From Nemertoderma westbladi (Eukaryota > Animalia > Xenacoelomorpha): a stretch of DNA of 64,000 bases. Location of the stretch: positions 47,901-111,900 of the forward strand of contig JAUCBJ010006769.1 of assembly GCA_032718475.1 (NCBI GenBank), given 5' to 3'. The position numbers and the translations under genes were made by a program. Shown in pieces: positions 1 through 11,219 of the stretch. Each line of letters starts with the position of its first letter. Position 1 is the first letter of the stretch. Under the pieces are notes generated by a model, which saw only the letters and a list, made by a program, of their open reading frames with translations, did not search any database and had not been told where the DNA came from.

Positions 1-1600
1 ACTAAACCAACCAGTTAATATTTGCTTTGACAGAGTGTCCTAGGGCTTAAACAAACAGTATGGGTGTACTGAGTACAATACTGTAATCTTGGCAACCTCA
101 TCGATTTATACTAAGCCTTGTGTAGAAATCCATTACATAAGCCATTTTTCATCACGACACCAGCTGTTATTGGTGTTATTTTACCATTGCGCCTAAGGCG
201 TTTTTTCGTTTATGTCTATTTTTCGAGCCCACGGCTCATGGACGAAATAGCGGAACATACCAGGGACCTTAGAATCGCGGTATCTAGCCGCTGTGAAAAT
301 TTCATCAAAATCGTTAGAGTAGTTTTGGCTGTAGATCAGTCAGCCAGCCAGTCAGTCAGCCACGAGCAATTCTTACAGTAATGAACCTCTTAACAGTAGT
401 GATTGCCTGCTGTCGTCGGCATCATTGATGGCATCAACAATGCCCCCTTGTTGTGGGAGGCCCTAGGCCGCGGCCTACTCGGCCTATATGCCTAAATCCG
501 GCCCTGATTATTAAAAAAATAGATTTAAATAAATACATCAAATACATAAACAATTATATACTCTATCAACTTTATAATAGTAGGCTCCCTACTGCACTAT
601 AATATTAAATATATATGGCGCTTTAAGTATAAAAACAGAGTTATGACTTATTCTAATCACAACTAGATGGCCACAGAGTTTCGTAAATAGCGCATTCTTT
701 AGGAGATGCTTTATTATCTGTCACACTACTTCACACGACTTCACACTAATTTACACTGATTCACACTAATTTGCCGACCGTCGCTGAATTTGATCATATA
801 TAAGGAGGATTGCAACTGACACACGTAGGGATTATGAAATAGCATTTAATTCACACAAAACCACTATAATTTAAGTCGCAGTTGCTACCGGTAGACTCTT
901 TCTCCGCTTACCTCATTAATCGAGAAGATTGAGGGGGTTTATGATTATTTATAGGTATTCTCCAAATATAATATCCTTAAATATAAACAACAATTAACAC
1001 AATATAAAACAGCAGTAAAACGGTGCTGTGAACAGTCAGTATGTGTTCATGAAGTTCAGTTTGGTGCAATGCGTCGTATTGAGTAGTTAATAGATTTACG
1101 TTCTTATAACAAAGGCCATCAGATGTTCTTGGGCCAAAGTCTGAAATGACCGTACTTAGTACAGAATCCTGAGAGGAATCTAATTCTCAGAAAAACCATA
1201 ACCATAATGCATTGCGCTAGTGGTAATTAGGGATTAGTGGTAATGTGGCTGAGGGCTACAACATTTAGATGGAGTCTTCTTATATTTAGCTAAGTTAACC
1301 TTTCTTTGGCTACCCAATATGCCTGGGTTGGGACAATGTTAATCCTATCTGGTCGGGCTGCTAATATAACTAACATATTTTGCTTTGCTGGAAAGGCAAA
1401 GCATTTTACAGAAGTAGTAGGGTCTTGGCCGGCTCTGCGACAGTTAGACCTAACTGACACCCATTGGGTGTCATATGACACCCAATTATCACCCTATGGG
1501 TGTCATTGGGTGTCATTGGCGCCAGACTGTCTGGGTGACACCTCCCAATTAGGCTAATTAGACCCTAATTGACAGGTGCACCCCATCAATTAATTAGTAC

Positions 1601-3520
1601 TAAATTGGAGAGATACGCCTATTCCTACTATCGGAAGAGACGGTAACAATACCTGCAATATCCTACTGTAAAGTTTGTAAATCAAATCATAAATCCGACC
1701 TTCTCACCAAAACAGTAAACCCTAAGTAAGCGAATATATTGCAGTATCGATCTCTTTTAACCGGTGAGGCAGAAAACAGTCTACGAGCAGACAAACTTCG
1801 ATAAAACAAAATCCCGCGCAGCGAATCCTAAAATCAGGCTGACTCACTGACGGACTAAGGGGCTCGTATACTTTGCCGCGGTGTGATTTATATGGTTGGG
1901 CAAAGGGACGCTAGCTAGGTATAGAGCAGATTTGGAGATGGCTAACTAGCGAGCAAAGTGCAGTAAGGACGAAAGTTAATTTTATATATTTCGAGGTGTA
2001 AATAATTTCTAACGCGCGTGTGTTAATTCTGAACGGTCAAAACAGTTTTGCTCCTTCACATATATAATTACTGGGTACGGTGTGCATTTTACGAATATTC
2101 TAATTTTATAACTTGTAGGTCCAATACTCACGAATGATAAGGTTCCTTCCCCTCTTGCGTATTTCCAGGACTCAAATTCAGGCATAAGGTTAATACTACG
2201 CCCAGAATTCGGCAATTTTAGGTACCAGGTCCCTGATACTAAGAAGAGATGTGTTAGTTTACTACTGTAGGCGTACAGGTACTAATAGCTATCCTGGCTC
2301 CTATCTAGAATTTTAGTCACCCAGGTAGTCCGGGTAACTTCCTATTAGGGCGTTGGCGGGGACACGGTAGATGTTAGTATATCCCTGATAGCCTCAATTT
2401 ATTTGCGCCTAGCGTAAACTGCCCTACCGCCTGAACGGTACAATCCCAATTCAGGTGAAAACACAGCAACCCCCCTAGCCTACAAGTTCTGATGTAATAG
2501 ACACGGTCGTACTGCAAATAGTCGCACACACACCTGTACTTAGCAAGAGTTAAGCGTACAGTTTGCTGCACCCTAACCAATGTGTATGCCTTGTACCGGT
2601 GTGCCTACGTCCTATCTGCGTACTAGTATCTGCTCTCTCTCCTCCCCCCCCGTAGGAATATGAAGGTCTACTGCGGTTTTTCCCTGAATCAAGACAGTAC
2701 AGTCCCTATGATGTAATTTTAGGCTTGCAGCGTGTCACTACGTCTACCTTTGTATCTTTTGGTCTTACACTTAGGTAGCAAGGATCGAACGCTGTCTAAC
2801 CTTTCAGGCGATGGGCGAATAACTAGATGGTATTGCGGGTTGTCTCTCGTCTACATTCCCGTGATGTTCCCGTTCATTGCTGTGGCCCGATCTCTAGCTG
2901 GCCATCCTGTCCCTGAGTTTGTTCACCGTAGTGAAACCATATTAAAACAGATAGAAAAGCTGAGAGATGTGACTAGTATTTTTGACTTTATTACAAAACA
3001 TATAATAACTATTATACAATAAACAATGTAATCTGAAATAAGACAGAAAGTGAATGATGGAAATTGAGATTAGTAATTGATAACTAATGAACGAATCGCA
3101 CCTTTATATACTAAATTTGTGCCGCAATCAATCGAGAAAATTCTCGATTGTTCTATGGGTTCTAACAAGGTTTTAAAGATAGCTTATTGGTCCAGCTAAT
3201 ATATAACTTGCACGACATTGGTTACAATCAAATAACTACAGCCTTATTGGTACAGACAAATGCAATTAATTTGTAGCGGTTAATTTAAATGAGTTGAAAT
3301 TCTGCACAAAAAATAATTCGCACTTACTAGGATTCGAACTCGATACCTACTACACTTATAATTTCCAACGCTCTACCAACTGAGCTACTGAACCACTTGA
3401 CCGATAGATACATAATAGATAGAACCAATACTAATGAGAACTCAAAGTAATCTTTACAAAGTTAATTCGAATAAAATAAAATTTTGAAAATCCACGGCAT
3501 TTAGGGAATATAATTCTATA
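1601..3520 (-). repeat. 3' LTR (1920 bp)
   Basis: Matches 16181-18100 at offset 14580, with no differences noticed by eye. The three small ORFs in each copy translate identically. Confidence 0.97.
3308..3394 (-). ncRNA. tRNA-like Pol III unit inside the 3' LTR
   Basis: Identical copy of 17888-17974. Confidence 0.6.
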
Positions 3521-3530
3521 CCGCTCCATG
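3521..3530 (-). other. Short polypurine-tract-like sequence before the 3' LTR
   Basis: Sense CATGGAGCGG abuts the LTR and resembles the GGGGCGG-type PPT of BEL/Pao elements. Confidence 0.45.
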
Positions 3531-4329
3531 AAAACAGGATATTATCGTGCATAAAATATACGGTTTTCACCAATAATCAATCAAACTATAGAATACTTAG
3601 GGCGTACTTACATATTTACAATTAAATTTCAAACAATACTTCCTTTCTTCGTAATGATTCGATACAAAATAATTACAAATTCAAACTTTACGTATTTAAA
3701 GGCTTTACTAAGTAAGTACAATATAAATCTAAATTAAATTCACCAATATAAATCTATTGCATCTCAAATATTGCATAAATTCAAACAATTACAAATACAA
3801 ATAAATGTAAACAATAAGAAAGGCTCGCAAGTCTTCCATCTACTATTGCATCCCAAATATTGCATAAATTCAAGTAATTACAAATACTTTCGTACCTAAA
3901 TGTAGATTGCATAAGTTTGGAATAATTACAAATATGAGTCTTTCTGAGCACAAAATTTTCTGTCTATATAACTTTCTCTTTTACACTGTAAATACAAATA
4001 CTGCTTATAAAATATAGTATTCGGAACAATACAAATTGCATAAGTTTGGAATAATATTGCATAAGTTCGGAATAATTACAAATATAAAATATAAATTCTT
4101 ACTAAATATAGATCTTACTAAATATAAGTCTTTACTTAAATATAAATATAAACTGCATAAGTTTAGAATAATATAAACCTTTGCATCTCAAATATGAAAC
4201 ATAAATCTTTCAAATATAAGTTCCTTCTAAATATAAACTTTGTTTTCTAAATATAAAACATATAATTCAAAATAAATCACAAATCATAAGAAAGGCCCAC
4301 GAGTCTTCCGTCCACCCTTGCCCTCCCTT

Positions 4330-5766
4330 TTATCGCTTAGTAGATCGAGCCCTGCCGCGTCCTCGAAAACTGCGCACAGGTGACTTTGCTCGCGATATGG
4401 GACTAATGGGGCGAGTCACTGGTTTACTTGGGACGTTGAGAGACGGTGCGACTATTTCCTCACAAATTCGTCTATTTGGCATCCCAAAACCTCGACCAAT
4501 TCCTCGTGACCGATCAGTTGTGGCTACAGTCGGTAGAACGTCTGGGAACGCGTGAGAAGCGGACGACGCAGACCCAAGAGTAGCTTGCGCCCCCTGTTGA
4601 TCAGCTGGTGTATGTCCCGATCCTCCTACCGGTTCTCTTGGAAGTGATACCGTATCCCGAGTAACTCGAATAGTCGGCTCAACTCCCTTACGTTCTTCCA
4701 CATTAATAATTTTCTTCAATTGTTGGCCCACCTTCTGGACCCGTATGATCCTACCCTGCCCGTCCTCCCGAGGGTGACGTGCAGACGGCGCAACCGGAGT
4801 GGCTGGTATATTCGTCGCCTCTAGGACCTCTTCTTCCTCGAATACGCTCGCTCGTATACGTTTATGGTAAAACGCGGCTCGGTACGCCCATGCGACGGTT
4901 AACCAAGCTCCTTTATTCCGCTTTTCGGTTCGGAAACGATCAAATTCACCATACGTGATACGATTTACGACTTTCTGAAAATTCCACGTGTTCTTGTTAT
5001 CCGGGTGAATCTGTAACAGATACTCGCGCACCACTCGGAATCCGCTGTCGTGGGGCAAAATATCAACAACCTCGATAAGTTCGTCATATTGGGGCATAGC
5101 GGAGATATATCCTTCCGACATCATCGTCTGAGGATTTACCGCCCAAAATCCGAGATGCGCTCTCATCGGAAACCGTCTTCTCTGTGCCGATACATGTTCG
5201 TCGGCTAAATCTTCCCACTCATCAAATAACTTCCTCACGAGTTTTACAGATTCGTGTTCATAAGGTATGTCTCTCAGTTGGCATTCAGATGCTCGATGTC
5301 CCTTTATATTGCAGTAAGTACATTGAGCCATAAATCTCCAGCAAGTATAAAAGGTATGAGACCCTTGATCCCCACACCATCCACAGATTAGCTGAGTCGT
5401 AGTAATGTGCTTTCCACTGCACTTTGCCATATGATGTCCAGCGACGCCACATTTACTACACATCGTATTAGCAGGGTACCACACTCGTTCGTATATAAGA
5501 TCTCCAATCGGTCGAGCGCTTCCTCCCATACTATAATCGTAATCATCTGGGTCTATGGGTTGGTAGGTTTCTGAAGGTTGTATACAAACTATAGCATCTG
5601 TTGCTTCGAGTTGTCGAATCTCCGTCTGAGATTTCTTCGGGAGGTTCCTTTCTATCTCAAGAAGTTCCTCTAAAGGATCGTCGGCGATCGTAGTAGTTAC
5701 GTTGAATTCATCACCAAGGTGACCGATAGGCGCACGCGTCTGCCGTGATTCATCCGTAATCTCCAC
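4330..5766 (-). CDS. Additional 3' ORF B: three CCHC-type zinc knuckles and an Arg/Gly-rich tail (probable RNA-binding protein)
   Basis: CSKCGVAGHHMAKC, CGWCGDQGSHTFYTC and CTYCNIKGHRASEC, plus RGIGRG and RGRGRAR near the C-terminus. Overlaps ORF A in the -1 frame and has no ATG at its start. Confidence 0.75.
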   Translation of the reverse strand: MEITDESRQTRAPIGHLGDEFNVTTTIADDPLEELLEIERNLPKKSQTEIRQLEATDAIVCIQPSETYQPIDPDDYDYSMGGSARPIGDLIYERVWYPANTMCSKCGVAGHHMAKCSGKHITTTQLICGWCGDQGSHTFYTCWRFMAQCTYCNIKGHRASECQLRDIPYEHESVKLVRKLFDEWEDLADEHVSAQRRRFPMRAHLGFWAVNPQTMMSEGYISAMPQYDELIEVVDILPHDSGFRVVREYLLQIHPDNKNTWNFQKVVNRITYGEFDRFRTEKRNKGAWLTVAWAYRAAFYHKRIRASVFEEEEVLEATNIPATPVAPSARHPREDGQGRIIRVQKVGQQLKKIINVEERKGVEPTIRVTRDTVSLPREPVGGSGHTPADQQGAQATLGSASSASHAFPDVLPTVATTDRSRGIGRGFGMPNRRICEEIVAPSLNVPSKPVTRPISPISRAKSPVRSFRGRGRARSTKR

Positions 5767-6752
5767 GATACGTTTTGAGCAAAGTTTATGCTCTCGAAAA
5801 CTTCCGGTGTCATCTCCTTAGCTGAAGTTTGATCGTGTGACGTCCAATGGCAAGGTAGGCTCGCGAGTCTTCCACCCCATTCTTCCATCTCACCTTTCTC
5901 GAAAGCCTTGTAGGCTCTGTATAGGCTAAGAGCTTCTTTCTTTTCGCGGGTTGACTGATTCGCCTCGTCCAGCGTAAGTTCAAATACATCGGGTTCAACA
6001 ACCTTAGGTGGGTAAATGACAGTTTCTCCCGCCTTTGGTCCGGTCATAGCAAATGAGTGATATGGATTCGATAAAGGATACCCTCCTTCCTGGTAGCGTA
6101 GTTGTTGATGATTCGAACACCTCGCCAATATCGGTTCGGGATTTTCCTTATTCAAACGCATCGGAATCGCATTTCGTTGTTCGCGCATACAAGAACCGCA
6201 TTGATAATAAAGTTTATAAACTGAAAATGCTTCTTTGGTTTCTCTATCGTCCCCTCGAGTTCGTCTGTAAAGATGCATTCCATCGAATTCATCTCTTACC
6301 GCGGGCATAGGTTCGTGCGCCTTTAGGTATTGCATGGTATGATACAAACGACTAATTTCAGTATCGGGGTCTTCGCTAATGTCTCCCGTATCACACAAAG
6401 CGTCGTACGGGTAAAGTTCATTGAAGGTTTGGCGCAAACTTTCGATTCTTTCGTTTAATGCGTTTTGCCTTCTCTTTAATACATTCGAGTCATATTTAGT
6501 TCTCGCGAGTTTCGCTGTACTTTCCGATAATTCTTTTATACCAAATATAGTATAATCCTTGGCTCCAAATCTTTCGAATGGCGCTGCTGCCTCCTCTTGG
6601 ATATCATATCCCCATCTCGGCTCTCCTTGTGTCCCTTTCTCCATAATTAGAGGTGTAGTTACATAATCATTACTACTAGAGGGAATACAACAGAGTTTGT
6701 GGTTAGTTGTGAGGAGACGTGAGAGTTTCGTCTGCCCTTTGGGCTTCGACAA
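5697..6752 (-). CDS. Additional 3' ORF A of the retrotransposon (unknown function; first ATG at codon 37, MEKGTQ...)
   Basis: 351-codon open frame with normal protein composition, a short coiled coil and a CxxC..CxxH cluster. No signal peptide or transmembrane segment. Confidence 0.65.
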   Translation of the reverse strand: MSKPKGQTKLSRLLTTNHKLCCIPSSSNDYVTTPLIMEKGTQGEPRWGYDIQEEAAAPFERFGAKDYTIFGIKELSESTAKLARTKYDSNVLKRRQNALNERIESLRQTFNELYPYDALCDTGDISEDPDTEISRLYHTMQYLKAHEPMPAVRDEFDGMHLYRRTRGDDRETKEAFSVYKLYYQCGSCMREQRNAIPMRLNKENPEPILARCSNHQQLRYQEGGYPLSNPYHSFAMTGPKAGETVIYPPKVVEPDVFELTLDEANQSTREKKEALSLYRAYKAFEKGEMEEWGGRLASLPCHWTSHDQTSAKEMTPEVFESINFAQNVSWRLRMNHGRRVRLSVTLVMNST

Positions 6753-7310
6753 CGCTCTAACCTCCTACCCATAGCCTAAGATCTAGGGTTTCTTTAATGA
6801 CACGCTGCTTCTTATCTAAAATTTTTTTTTTGCCGAAGTAAAAACGAATTTGGGCTAAACTGGCCGTGAGTCTAAAATACTCACTTTTTGATCCCAAACT
6901 ATTATCAGAAAATAAGCAATCAAGAATTAGTAATAAATATAGGGGAGTCAAATTTGACGTAACTTATTGAAACAAGACCGTGTAAAATTTAATTAAAATT
7001 TTTAAGAAAGGCTCGCAAGTCTTCCTCTCTTGTTTCTCTAATTTTAAGTTCCACCCGACTGTACCCTGAAATCTATTCACTGGAGAAAATTTTAAAAAAT
7101 TTTTCAAATCCAAATGGATTGTCTAAAATTTCGAAAATGTCTCAATATTGTGAGTTCCAAGTAGAATTCCATTTCTTATACCTCCAAATCCCGCTCCTAT
7201 GTGACACATAAGGGTACTACCCTCAATGTTCACATATAAAGACAATGGAATTCTACCGCTGTCCTTACTACGGTGTACAGGTACGTGGAAATCTATTTGT
7301 AAACTCCTAA

Positions 7311-10300
7311 TTATTTACTAGTATTAGGTGGAGATTTGTAATCTCCAGACTCGTTACGAGTCTCTTCAAGAAGTACAAGACGTTGAGTCGGTCTGTCTAC
7401 TGTACGACCGTCAATTGTTCGTACCGTCACAGTTCTTGTCACTCCATCCATAGATGGATGTGTGGCTAAAATGACACCTGTTATCCAGAAGCGTCTTTTT
7501 AGATTCACTTCTGCCAACAGCACGTGATCTCCCGGCTTTAATGCGCGGGTGTTATTATACCAGTTTGTTCTGGCAGAAATAGAGGGCAAATAATGGTTTT
7601 GCCATATTTCCCAGAATTTGTTAGCCAGTAGTTGCGTGATTTTCCACGCTTTTCTCCCGTAACTATCGCTTTCCATTGGAATGGAAATCGGTGTCAAAGT
7701 CGTCGGTGCCTGCATTAGCAGGTGTGCCGGTGTCAAAGCAAACTGGGATTGTTTGTCATCGGGTACTAATACTATTGGTCTAGTATTTAGTATTGCCTCG
7801 ATTTCAACAAACAATGTTGTCAGTTGGTCGTCTGTTAATATGTGGTTTACTGGAATGACCTTTGCCATTGCTGTCTTTATAGATCTAATCAGTCTCTCCC
7901 AGACTCCGCCTCTCCAAGGACTATCTGGAGGATTGAACTTCCAAACAATCTTGTGAGGTTGCAGTTCGTTTGAGATTTGATCATGATCTAATTTCTTAAA
8001 GGCTCTAGCAATTTCATTCCGAGCACCAACAAAGTTTGTCCCTTGGTCTGAGTACAAGCATTTTACTAGTCCGCGTCTAGCGATAAATCGCCGCAGTGCT
8101 AGTATAAACGCGTTGGTGGAAAGATCCATCACACGTTCAATGTGAACTGCCCTACTGGACATACATGTGAAAATCAGTCCCCAGCGTTTTACTAGTATGC
8201 GTCCACGTTTAGTATGTATGGGACCAAAGCAATCAATTCCAGTCTCTGTAAAAGGTGGTCTGAATGCTTGAAGTCGTGCTTGTGGTAGTTCACTCATTTC
8301 TTGGGTACCTATTCTAGAATGTACCTTTTTACAAATAATACACGTACGTGTCACTGAACTTAATGCTTTACTGGGTCTAATTAATACAAATCTAGTACGT
8401 AAGTAGGAAAGACAGTGGTGTCTTCCAGCGTGTTTCAGATGTAGATGTGCGTCCAGTATCATTGCACGTTGTAGTTCGTGGTGTTGCGGTATTATTATTG
8501 GGTACCTAAAGTTCGTGTTAAAGTCAATGTTTTGAAGCCGAGATTTATGACAAATTAAGCCATTATAAATTATCGGACTCCAACTCAGTATCGGTGACGA
8601 CTTGATTGGTTGACCTTGATGTATAGATGTGAATTCGCGCGCGAAATATCGCAGTTGATAATGGCGAATTAATATAATCTCACACCTGTCAATCTCAGCC
8701 AATGTAAGTCGACGTGTGAAGTCACGTTTGCCTTTAACGTATTGTACAAAACGTACAATCCACGCTAATTTTCGGCAAGCGTTTGACCAAGAGTCTGTTA
8801 AGTTTACAATACGGTCGACGTAAGTATTTGTGACGTCATCAGGTAAGTCAATGGAGAACTTGGAAGGTTTTGAATTACTAGAAGGGCCCACGGGTCCGCC
8901 GGTAAGTATTCCCTTGTTGACTGTTGATCCGTCCGGGTCTACAAGTAATTTGTCCTTCTTTGTCTTCTTACCTTGATTGTCGGTACTTTGTAAGTCGATC
9001 GCTAATGGTGGTTTGAACTCTATGGGGTCAGCAGGTTTTGGTAAACTTAATTTTCTGCCGACATTAATCCCAGGTCTCAACGTAGGTTGCAAGTTCGGTA
9101 TGTCTCTTGAGCGCAAAGTAACACCTGTATTTACATTAGCGTAGGTACTACCCACATCTGCAATACATGAGGTTTCACCATGCTTATGGTTGCTCAAGTG
9201 TGTCAAAATTGGTAGTTTGTCAATACAAGGCCGCTCCAATAGAGAAACTGCGGCTTTATTGTTAGTCAATACATTACTAGTGTCTAGTCGACTGTCTAGT
9301 AGTGTGTCTGGCGATACGTCTGGTAACGTATCTGGTTGTTTGTCAATAGAAGGCCGCTCCAATAGAGAAACTGCGGCTTTACTGTTTGTCAGTGCGTTTC
9401 TAACGTCTGGTGGAACATTTTGTGATATGTCTGGCAAAATGTCTGGTTGGCTGTCTAGTAACGTGTCTGGTTGACCGTCTGGCGATATGTCTGGTTGACC
9501 GTCTGGCGATATGTCTGGTGTAGAAAGGCTCGCAAGTCTTCCTCTCTTGACCTTTGAAGTTATATCCTTCCATTTTGCCTTCGGTTTCTTCTTGAGTTTC
9601 GCCGCCGTTGTCTTTTTCTTTGTATCGACGGGCATTGTTGGTGTCGTTGGGGTAGGTAGACTCGCAAGCCTATCATCTGTCGTCGATGGAATCTCTAGCT
9701 GACTCGTCTTCTCCCCAAGTTCTAAACTCACCTTGTGGATTAGCTGCTCCTTGTGACTTATCATACTAGTTACACGTCTGTTATGTTTTGTATGTAAGGT
9801 AGTATGGTCTACGTCGTGTGAAAAGGAATGAATTGAATTTATAGTTAATAAACTACATGTACTCTGTACATCGTCTTCCTCGTCACTTACGTCTAGTGTG
9901 CGCACAGGCGCTCGAGTATACCACCCTATCGGCGTTCTGCAGGCGTATGCGTTTCCTGCTACAACTGTCGATGGTCTGGTTTCCCACACCTGATGTAGGT
10001 TGAATTGGTCCGTCCCGATCAGCATTGCTACCGATCTATAATTGGCAGGACATTCGGGTACACCAAGGTGTCTAAAATACTTACGGTCCTCTAGAGATTG
10101 TGCCGGCACTGGACCTAGTAGGTTACTAAAGTCCTTCGTGGCCGCAAAGGTTAAATCTCTAAAGGGTAACAAAGACCTCTCCCTCTCGCTGTGTTGCGAT
10201 TTTGGAAGAAGAGAGTCTAAGTCTAACTTAACTCGTGTCACTGGTATTGCACGCTGTCCGTGCATACTACTTACTGTATAACTGACGTGCTTACCTTGTC

Positions 10301-11219
10301 TAAGATCTGTTACGACGTCAGCTATCTTTTCATCTACGTAACTGTGAGATGAGGCTGAGTCTAGAATCGCGTAAATCCTCTTACTTCCTTTTGTGCCAGT
10401 AACTTTAATCGGGATTACACTGAATCCCTTCAGTTGGTCAGTGGTCAGGAGCGCGATTGACGGTTGTTCGTCTCCATTTGAATATTCGTCGTCTTCTGAT
10501 TCTTCGTCCGACGATCCGGATTGTTCTGAAAAGCAATCCTCTATATGGGTCACGAAAGTCGGAGTCGTTTTCGATTCCCGTTTTCGGTAAGCCGCATCAC
10601 ATCTCGCTGCTGCTTCCGGGTGTTCCCTGGCGAAGCGTTTCGTCGGCGTGTGGCTGTCTGTGTGGAGCAGACCGTCGTGGTTGCGTCCACAGGATGGACA
10701 AGTGTCGGTATTTGGGCAATCCTTACGGACGTGTCCGTGTCGCGTACACCGCCAACAAGAGTCCAGTGGCCGTATCTGCAGCCGTCGTTCTTCTGAGTTC
10801 AACTCGCGAAATTGTCGACAACCTCGTAACTTGTGACCAATATACCGCTTACCTAAATGTTCGCAGTATTGGCAGCCGTTGAAGTCGGCGCTGAGTTGCT
10901 GTCTCGTCTGTTTCGTTCCAATGGGCGCAGATACTCTATTACCGTCTGAGAATTGTCGTGATTCCGTCGGTGTGGCGTAAGTGGCCGTCTTTGTGGATGT
11001 TGTCTGGGGTTTTTGTCGGTTGGAGGATGGCAGTGTGATCCCTTCTGCCACGATGTGCTGGTCGGTATAGTTAGATCGAGTCTCTACTACCGCCTCCCTG
11101 GATATTAAAAGGTACACATCTTCTAATTTTAGGAATCCTCCTCGCTCCTCTCGCTGATATTCGACCTTCCTCCACTCCCGACGAAGTCGATGGTGGAGTC
11201 GTCCTATTATCTTTAATAA
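7311..11219 (-). CDS. pol: Rest of polyprotein: capsid C-terminal part, three Cys/His knuckles, aspartic protease, low-complexity spacer, HHCC-DDE integrase and C-terminal DUF5641-like region; putative exon 2
   Basis: Knuckles CQYC..H....C, CWRCTRHGHVRKDC and CPSCGRNHDGLLH. Protease YAILDSASSHSYV...RTPIGW. Integrase HLHLKH...CIIC, TGIDCFGP, YSDQGTNFVG and GGVWERLI, then FWEIWQNHYLPSI. No YVDD or Pao RNase H motif. Confidence 0.92.
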   Translation of the reverse strand, partial: LLKIIGRLHHRLRREWRKVEYQREERGGFLKLEDVYLLISREAVVETRSNYTDQHIVAEGITLPSSNRQKPQTTSTKTATYATPTESRQFSDGNRVSAPIGTKQTRQQLSADFNGCQYCEHLGKRYIGHKLRGCRQFRELNSEERRLQIRPLDSCWRCTRHGHVRKDCPNTDTCPSCGRNHDGLLHTDSHTPTKRFAREHPEAAARCDAAYRKRESKTTPTFVTHIEDCFSEQSGSSDEESEDDEYSNGDEQPSIALLTTDQLKGFSVIPIKVTGTKGSKRIYAILDSASSHSYVDEKIADVVTDLRQGKHVSYTVSSMHGQRAIPVTRVKLDLDSLLPKSQHSERERSLLPFRDLTFAATKDFSNLLGPVPAQSLEDRKYFRHLGVPECPANYRSVAMLIGTDQFNLHQVWETRPSTVVAGNAYACRTPIGWYTRAPVRTLDVSDEEDDVQSTCSLLTINSIHSFSHDVDHTTLHTKHNRRVTSMISHKEQLIHKVSLELGEKTSQLEIPSTTDDRLASLPTPTTPTMPVDTKKKTTAAKLKKKPKAKWKDITSKVKRGRLASLSTPDISPDGQPDISPDGQPDTLLDSQPDILPDISQNVPPDVRNALTNSKAAVSLLERPSIDKQPDTLPDVSPDTLLDSRLDTSNVLTNNKAAVSLLERPCIDKLPILTHLSNHKHGETSCIADVGSTYANVNTGVTLRSRDIPNLQPTLRPGINVGRKLSLPKPADPIEFKPPLAIDLQSTDNQGKKTKKDKLLVDPDGSTVNKGILTGGPVGPSSNSKPSKFSIDLPDDVTNTYVDRIVNLTDSWSNACRKLAWIVRFVQYVKGKRDFTRRLTLAEIDRCEIILIRHYQLRYFAREFTSIHQGQPIKSSPILSWSPIIYNGLICHKSRLQNIDFNTNFRYPIIIPQHHELQRAMILDAHLHLKHAGRHHCLSYLRTRFVLIRPSKALSSVTRTCIICKKVHSRIGTQEMSELPQARLQAFRPPFTETGIDCFGPIHTKRGRILVKRWGLIFTCMSSRAVHIERVMDLSTNAFILALRRFIARRGLVKCLYSDQGTNFVGARNEIARAFKKLDHDQISNELQPHKIVWKFNPPDSPWRGGVWERLIRSIKTAMAKVIPVNHILTDDQLTTLFVEIEAILNTRPIVLVPDDKQSQFALTPAHLLMQAPTTLTPISIPMESDSYGRKAWKITQLLANKFWEIWQNHYLPSISARTNWYNNTRALKPGDHVLLAEVNLKRRFWITGVILATHPSMDGVTRTVTVRTIDGRTVDRPTQRLVLLEETRNESGDYKSPPNTSK

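Noticed and set aside
2009-3022. Small ORFs within the LTRs (duplicated at 16589-17602)
   Set aside because: Short, non-ATG starts and no recognisable domains; their identity merely reflects LTR duplication.
3308-3394. Functional tRNA gene
   Set aside because: Acceptor and anticodon stems do not pair properly; kept only as a tRNA-like Pol III cassette.
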